64,000 nt of DNA. Origin: a virus. A program made the position numbers and the translations under genes. Under the pieces are notes generated by a model. The model was not told where the DNA came from. It made no database searches and was given only the letters and a program-made list of their open reading frames with translations. The stretch lies in the IMG/VR virus record IMGVR_UViG_3300005731_000013, positions 64,001 through 128,000 of that record; one strand, 5' to 3'. This document shows positions 58,237-64,000 of the stretch, piece by piece (the stretch's first letter is position 1; each line of letters starts with the position of its first letter).

Positions 58237-59143
58237 AACAACCAGTATTCCTGAATACTATATCTATTATGACGACTGGACAGGTGATATACAGTCTGTA
58301 GGTAGAAGTTTACGTGAAGTTGATTATCCATATATTGTTGTTAAAGATACTATTGCTGCAAATATTTTAAATGGCACGGCTTGTGACAGTGATTATGTAG
58401 TGACACCAGATTTGAAGTTGGTTGAAAAATTTAATTTTCAATCAAATAATCAAGACAATGATATTTTTCTGATTCCAAAATTAAATAATGCCAATTCTGA
58501 TATCAATATAACATTGTATACAACTAATAATAAATTAGCTATATCAGTTGATGCATCAATTATTGCAAAATATAATGCATATAAACATCGAGCAAAAACA
58601 CCTATAATTAATACAAAACTTGAATTTTACGTCGTAAAAGATGACACGCCAGATTTTTTATTGCAAACAATTATTATCGATTTAGATGATTTGATAAATG
58701 CAGGTGTGTTGATTTACGATGTGTCACATTTGGTTAAATTTGTTGCATTTGATGATATATGTATTTTAACTAAACAATTTTTTGATAGATATAATTTTCA
58801 AGTGATAAATGATGAATGTATTGATGAATCAATCACATCTAATAGTAATGCAACATTAGTTTATATATCACAAAATGTCAATGGACATCTGATAATCAAT
58901 CAAGAAAACAATAGCATAAATATCACAAGTAATATATCAATTGGACAATTTGCAGCCTTAGATATTCAAGAACCATTACAATGTTACATTGTTGATGAAA
59001 TTACTGACAATTTGATTCAAGGATTTGAAATAGATGTTAAATCAGTGGTCATAGCAAAATCTATGACCATGTCTTTTGATTTTGATATTTCGAATTTTGA
59101 TATTTTATATAAGAATCAAAAGATAATAATTAGTAAAGGATAA
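58214..59143 (+). CDS. Hypothetical protein
   Basis: 309-aa ORF overlapping the upstream gene; no motif recognised. Confidence 0.65.
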   Translation: MTITTNIRTTSIPEYYIYYDDWTGDIQSVGRSLREVDYPYIVVKDTIAANILNGTACDSDYVVTPDLKLVEKFNFQSNNQDNDIFLIPKLNNANSDINITLYTTNNKLAISVDASIIAKYNAYKHRAKTPIINTKLEFYVVKDDTPDFLLQTIIIDLDDLINAGVLIYDVSHLVKFVAFDDICILTKQFFDRYNFQVINDECIDESITSNSNATLVYISQNVNGHLIINQENNSINITSNISIGQFAALDIQEPLQCYIVDEITDNLIQGFEIDVKSVVIAKSMTMSFDFDISNFDILYKNQKIIISKG

Positions 59144-59146
59144 TAA

Positions 59147-60127
59147 ATGACAATGACTCCTATAAATGAGTTTGATATTGTGTTTATAAGTTATGACGAA
59201 CCAAATGCAGATAAAAATTGGCAAGACTTATTAGATAAGTGTCCTTGGGCTAAACGAAGTCATGGGGTATATGGTAGTGATGCAGCCCACAAGGCCGCCG
59301 CTGCATTATGTGAAACTTCTAGATTTATCACAGTCGATGCAGATAACATTGTCGATCCTGAATTCTTTAATGTAGAAATTGATATGTCATTGATTGGCAG
59401 TAAAGATGTTATTAGTTGGGCAGCCAAAAATGAAATTAATGGGTTAGTATATGGTAATGGCGGAATTAAATGTTGGCCAAAACATGTTGTTGAAACCATG
59501 CGAACACATGAAGCAGCACCTGAAAATAATAAACAGGCGCAAGTTGATTTTTGTTGGAATATTAATTACATACAAATGAATAATATGTATTCGACCATTT
59601 ACAATAATGCAAGTCCATATCAGGCATACAGAGCAGGATTTCGTGAAGGATGTAAAATGACATTAGATGCAGGTGATGTTGTGTCTAAATCAAATTTGAA
59701 TAAACTATATTATAAAAATTACAATAGGCTGTTAGTTTGGCAAAGTGTCGGACGGGATGTGACAAACGGCTTATGGGCCATCTATGGTGCACGTCTAGGT
59801 AGTATTATGACAAACATACGGCAAGATGAATGGGATTGGCGCGACGTGCGTGATTTTAAATGGCATGACCAATTTTGGAATAATAAAATCGCTCCTCAAT
59901 TTGAAGATGAAAATGGCGAAGTTTGTATCAATACCGGTTATAAGTGGTCTCCAGAAATTTTGGAAGCGGAAACTCGTGCCTTAGGTCAAATTGTAACAAA
60001 TGAGTTAGGTTTCGAAATGGCAGAATTGGACCAGGCTGGCAGTAAATTTTTCAAAAAAGTATATACTAACCCAGCAAGAGTTGCTCCGTTAGTCAAAGAA
60101 GATGACGTTACGAATGGAGTCAATTAA
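59147..60127 (+). CDS. Glycosyltransferase-like protein (GT-A fold)
   Basis: DIVFISYDEPNA, FITVDADNIV (DxD), NGLVYGNGGIKCW, AYRAGFREGCK. Confidence 0.72.
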   Translation: MTMTPINEFDIVFISYDEPNADKNWQDLLDKCPWAKRSHGVYGSDAAHKAAAALCETSRFITVDADNIVDPEFFNVEIDMSLIGSKDVISWAAKNEINGLVYGNGGIKCWPKHVVETMRTHEAAPENNKQAQVDFCWNINYIQMNNMYSTIYNNASPYQAYRAGFREGCKMTLDAGDVVSKSNLNKLYYKNYNRLLVWQSVGRDVTNGLWAIYGARLGSIMTNIRQDEWDWRDVRDFKWHDQFWNNKIAPQFEDENGEVCINTGYKWSPEILEAETRALGQIVTNELGFEMAELDQAGSKFFKKVYTNPARVAPLVKEDDVTNGVN

Positions 60128-61683
60128 TGTCTAATGAATATCATAAAAATGCAATTGCAGCAAAAGAAAAATTGGGGTTGACTAGCAAGTCAATGTGCCT
60201 TGCTAAATGGTTACAGGTGAGTATGCATTTGCCACAAGGGTTAACTCAAAGTTGTTATCATCCGCCTACACATCATGTTGACATCAATAATCTAAAAAAA
60301 TCAAAAACTGCGTTGCATAATACTCCAGAAAAAATTAAACAACGACAAGAGATGCTTGATGGTAAACGTCCTTCAGGATGTGAATATTGTTGGAAAATTG
60401 AAGATGCGTCAAATGGACCACACTTATCTGACAGACATTATAAAAGTGGCGAGCGATGGGCAGCACCACATTATGATAATGTTATTAAAAGTGGAACAGG
60501 CGCTAATATTAATCCGACATACGTAGAGGTAAACTTCAATCAAGCATGTAATTTGAAATGTGTTTATTGCAGTCCGCATCTAAGCACGGCTTGGGAAAAG
60601 GAAATCAATAAACACGGAGATTTCAAATTTTCATCAGGCTATCGGCACAATAATATCGAGAGTCTAAAACAACAAAATTTGATGCCAATTGTAGGCGCAA
60701 ATAAAGATAATCCATATGTAACTGCATTTTGGGAATGGTGGCCTGAATTATATGAAACATTAGAAGTGTTTCGTATGACTGGCGGCGAACCACTGATGGA
60801 TAAAAATACATTCAAGGTTTTGGATTATGTCAATAATAATCCAAATGCTGCAATTGAATTAAGTATCACAAGTAATATGTGTCCTCCAGATAACAAATTG
60901 TTGGACAAATTTTTAGAATTGTTGACTGATATTGAACGACCTAGAATTTGGGAAGATAAAAATAAAATCAATCCAAACACAAATAATAATTGGTTCATAT
61001 CCCCCGCATGTAAACACTTTTCATTATATGTTAGTGTTGATTCTGTTGGTGCACAAGCTGAATATATACGGTCAGGACTTGATTTTGATATAATGAAGAC
61101 TAATGTGAATAAAGTATTAGATAACACACACAATACTACAATTTCATTCATCAATACATTTAATATTTTAAGTTTACCTCGTCTTAAAGAGTTTTTGCAA
61201 TTCATATTAGATTTGCGAGTCAAGTATGGTAAAGAATATCAACCTGTCAAACATATTTTGCCTGACAATGCAGCAGACCCTACTAATACAACAGATGCTT
61301 ACGAAGTGCGGCCAAGACAAAAGATATGGTTTGATATGCCATTTTTACAATTTCCAAATTGGCTAGATGTTCAAAATTTATCTGAATATCCAGAATATAT
61401 TGCAATGGTCGAAGATGCAATTGCATTTATGAATGAACACAAAGAAACAGATGATTATCATAATACATTTCATGGATTCAAAGAACATGAAATCGCTAAA
61501 TTAAGTCGTAATTTAGAAGTGATAAAGAATGGAAGACAACAAATTGATGACGATGCCTTGGCAGTCAATAAAAAAATGTTTTACGAATATGTGACGCAAT
61601 TAGATGCCCGCCGTAACACATCATTTATTGAAACGTTTCCTGAATTAAGCAAATGGTATGATGATTGTAAGAATAGTGTATGA
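60127..61683 (+). CDS. Radical SAM protein with N-terminal twitch domain
   Basis: CLAKW...SCYH...CEYCW, then CNLKCVYC and TGGEP. Confidence 0.92.
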   Translation: MSNEYHKNAIAAKEKLGLTSKSMCLAKWLQVSMHLPQGLTQSCYHPPTHHVDINNLKKSKTALHNTPEKIKQRQEMLDGKRPSGCEYCWKIEDASNGPHLSDRHYKSGERWAAPHYDNVIKSGTGANINPTYVEVNFNQACNLKCVYCSPHLSTAWEKEINKHGDFKFSSGYRHNNIESLKQQNLMPIVGANKDNPYVTAFWEWWPELYETLEVFRMTGGEPLMDKNTFKVLDYVNNNPNAAIELSITSNMCPPDNKLLDKFLELLTDIERPRIWEDKNKINPNTNNNWFISPACKHFSLYVSVDSVGAQAEYIRSGLDFDIMKTNVNKVLDNTHNTTISFINTFNILSLPRLKEFLQFILDLRVKYGKEYQPVKHILPDNAADPTNTTDAYEVRPRQKIWFDMPFLQFPNWLDVQNLSEYPEYIAMVEDAIAFMNEHKETDDYHNTFHGFKEHEIAKLSRNLEVIKNGRQQIDDDALAVNKKMFYEYVTQLDARRNTSFIETFPELSKWYDDCKNSV

Positions 61684-63002
61684 ATAAATATTTTGAATAT
61701 AAACAGAATGTAATAGATAATATAAGTGATAGTTTTTGTGCAGCAAAATGGTTCAATGCGACTATATGGTTAGGGCATGGGCAGACTGTAAGTTGTCATC
61801 ATCCCGTATCACATAATATAGATGTTGACGATATAAAAACAAACCCGTCTGCATTGCATAACACAACTAAAAAAAAAGCAATGCGCAAGGACATGTTGGA
61901 AGGCATTCGTCCAGCTGAATGTACATATTGTTGGGCTATTGAAGATCAAAATAATGATACATTATCTGACAGAGTGTATAAGACTATAATTTATGATAAT
62001 AGTGACATTGAACATGCCACTTCAACTCCACCGTCATCAGACATGTATCTGCGTAATTTAGAAATATCATTTGGAAGAACATGTAATTTGGCATGTAGTT
62101 ATTGCAATCCTGCCTATAGCACAACTTGGGCAAATGATATTAAACGCAATGGCCCATATCCAGAATTGCCGACTGATGATTTCCATCAATATCAGACTGA
62201 TGCTCCTTGGGCAGCTAGTCGTTATAGTGATGAAAATGATAATCCATATATTATTGCTTTTTGGAAATGGTGGGAGAATGAATTAAAAGATACATTGACT
62301 CAACTTAGAGTAACTGGTGGCGAACCTTTTCTTCAGCCCAGTAACTGGAAATTGATTGATGAGTTTATCAAACATGACATCAAACATATTAAATTGGCGA
62401 TTAATAGTAATTTGAGTTTCCCTAAAAAATCATTGATGGATAAAATTATAACAACGTCATTTGATGTCAATGACTTGGATATCTATACCAGCAATGAATC
62501 GACCAAACAGTTTGCAGAATATATTCGTCATGGCATTGATTACAAACAATGGTATAATAATTGTGCTCGTTTATTGAATGAATCGAATGTTAAGCAATTA
62601 CATAATATGATGACAATTAATGCATTATGCTTGCATGACATTACATCATTCTTAGATGATATGATGAATCTTAGAAATTCTGATAAAGGGCCAATATTAA
62701 GTGTTAATTTGGTTCATTCACCAAAATTTCAATCTGTAGATGTTTTGCCGCAGACTATTAGACAACAAAAATCACAAGAATTGCAAACTTGGGTTGATAA
62801 CAATATAACAAAATTACATCAACATGAGATTGCTCAGTTAGAAAGACTGATTAAATATCTAAGTAAGCAACAGGTATCTGAGGGCTATAGAGATGAGTTA
62901 CTTCAAGATTTTAAATCATTCTATACAGCATTTGATCTGCGACGTGGAACGAACTTTAAAACAACATTTACAGAATTTGCAGATTGGTATGATTTGATAT
63001 GA
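61680..63002 (+). CDS. Radical SAM protein with N-terminal twitch domain
   Basis: CAAKW...SCHH...CTYCW, then CNLACSYC and TGGEP. Confidence 0.92.
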   Translation: MNKYFEYKQNVIDNISDSFCAAKWFNATIWLGHGQTVSCHHPVSHNIDVDDIKTNPSALHNTTKKKAMRKDMLEGIRPAECTYCWAIEDQNNDTLSDRVYKTIIYDNSDIEHATSTPPSSDMYLRNLEISFGRTCNLACSYCNPAYSTTWANDIKRNGPYPELPTDDFHQYQTDAPWAASRYSDENDNPYIIAFWKWWENELKDTLTQLRVTGGEPFLQPSNWKLIDEFIKHDIKHIKLAINSNLSFPKKSLMDKIITTSFDVNDLDIYTSNESTKQFAEYIRHGIDYKQWYNNCARLLNESNVKQLHNMMTINALCLHDITSFLDDMMNLRNSDKGPILSVNLVHSPKFQSVDVLPQTIRQQKSQELQTWVDNNITKLHQHEIAQLERLIKYLSKQQVSEGYRDELLQDFKSFYTAFDLRRGTNFKTTFTEFADWYDLI

Positions 63003-64000
63003 CAAAAAGAATAAAGCCTATCATTAATGATGATGGTAGCAATTCAAAAGATTCAAATAATTTGACATTCTGTATGGCTCCTTGGACACATACCTTTCTA
63101 AGTCCACAAGGTGAACGAAGGATGTGTTGTACAAGTCGTGAGCAATCACAATTCCAAAAACAATATATTGATTCAGGAACCTCTGCGCAATCATCTTCAT
63201 TTAAACCAAAAACTTTGGAAGAACATTGGAATAGTGAATATATGTGTTCGATTCGAAAAAAACTGTTGGCTGGCGAGACACTTACTCAATGCGAAATATG
63301 CAATAGTGACAGGTTTAATGCAAATAATTATAGGAAATGGTTCAATCTATTATTTAAAGATAAAATTGATGATGTATTTGCCAATACATCGTCTGATGGT
63401 AAGACAACTATGAATCCTGTGTCATTTGATTATCGAGTAAGCAATTTATGCAATTTTAAATGCAGAATGTGCGGCGAATTATTCAGTAGCAGTATTGAAG
63501 CAGAAAAGAAAAAGCATAATATGTGGTCAGCTGAAAATCAACCATTTATGGAACCATCAACAAAAAAAATGATGCAACAATTTCAAACATCTGTAGCAGA
63601 GGTTGAATTCAAAGAGGCAATTAAATCTGGGACTGTCGAAGAAATTTATTGGGCTGGTGGCGAACCACTTATGTTTGACACACATTGGTGGGCAATGGAA
63701 TATATGACATCTCATAATTTGGCGTCTGATTGCATTGTTAGATACAATACAAATTTGAGCAGGACTACATATAAAGGAATGAAATTATATGAATATCTGT
63801 CAGAATTCAAAGACTGGCAAATATGTGCGAGTATTGATGGCGTTGGGCAAACGGTCGAATTCATTCGAAAAGGCATTGTGTGGGATAATTGGTTGGCTAA
63901 TTTTAAAGATGGTTTAAAATTAGAAGGTGGGGAAGATAGAATGATTATTGATTTGACAGTCACTGGTCCTGGTATGTTTGATTTGAAGCATTTATTTGAT
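62999..64000 (+). CDS. Third N-terminal-twitch radical SAM protein, 3'-truncated by window (absent from ORF track)
   Basis: ATGA overlap at 62999; manual translation gives MTKRIKP...FCMAPW...RMCC...NLCNFKCRMCG...YWAGGEP. Confidence 0.88.
   Translation, partial: MTKRIKPIINDDGSNSKDSNNLTFCMAPWTHTFLSPQGERRMCCTSREQSQFQKQYIDSGTSAQSSSFKPKTLEEHWNSEYMCSIRKKLLAGETLTQCEICNSDRFNANNYRKWFNLLFKDKIDDVFANTSSDGKTTMNPVSFDYRVSNLCNFKCRMCGELFSSSIEAEKKKHNMWSAENQPFMEPSTKKMMQQFQTSVAEVEFKEAIKSGTVEEIYWAGGEPLMFDTHWWAMEYMTSHNLASDCIVRYNTNLSRTTYKGMKLYEYLSEFKDWQICASIDGVGQTVEFIRKGIVWDNWLANFKDGLKLEGGEDRMIIDLTVTGPGMFDLKHLFD

Noticed and set aside
63111-63963. ORFs 63111-63413 (+) and 63712-63963 (-)
   Set aside because: Both lie within the radical SAM gene starting at 62999, which the track missed because it lacks a stop in the window
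1-64000. Stop-codon reassignment; tRNA genes
   Set aside because: Standard code gives full-length genes at high density; no tRNA cloverleaf noticed in the short intergenic gaps (tRNAscan not run)

Overview
AT-rich fragment of a large T4-related myovirus genome, probably a jumbo phage of an aquatic proteobacterium (host is inference). It holds: (1) a minus-strand head module (gp20 portal, acidic core protein, gp21, gp22, gp23); (2) a tape-measure candidate divergent from a gp26/gp51 pair; (3) a minus-strand gp55-gp47-gp46 block invaded by two free-standing endonuclease genes and a class 3 intein; (4) a long plus-strand baseplate/tail block (gp48/54-like, gp53, hub, gp5 with an M15 peptidase domain, lysozyme-like protein, gp25, gp6, a 3573-aa wedge protein, three spikes/fibres); (5) a sigma70-driven operon of glycosyltransferase-like and N-terminal-twitch radical SAM genes running off the right edge. 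Four paralogous Hef-like PD-(D/E)XK nuclease genes with a Mom/GNAT-like C-terminal domain are scattered through the left third. Most notable: a roughly 700-nt non-coding, densely base-paired locus (12711-13427) with its own strong sigma70 promoter, directly downstream of a stand-alone GIY-YIG gene (candidate large ncRNA, ribonucleoprotein or RNA-primed origin); a clear programmed -1 frameshift signature joining gp26 to gp51; and the glycosyltransferase plus radical SAM operon of unknown product. All calls come from reading motifs by eye; no database searches or folding computations were run.
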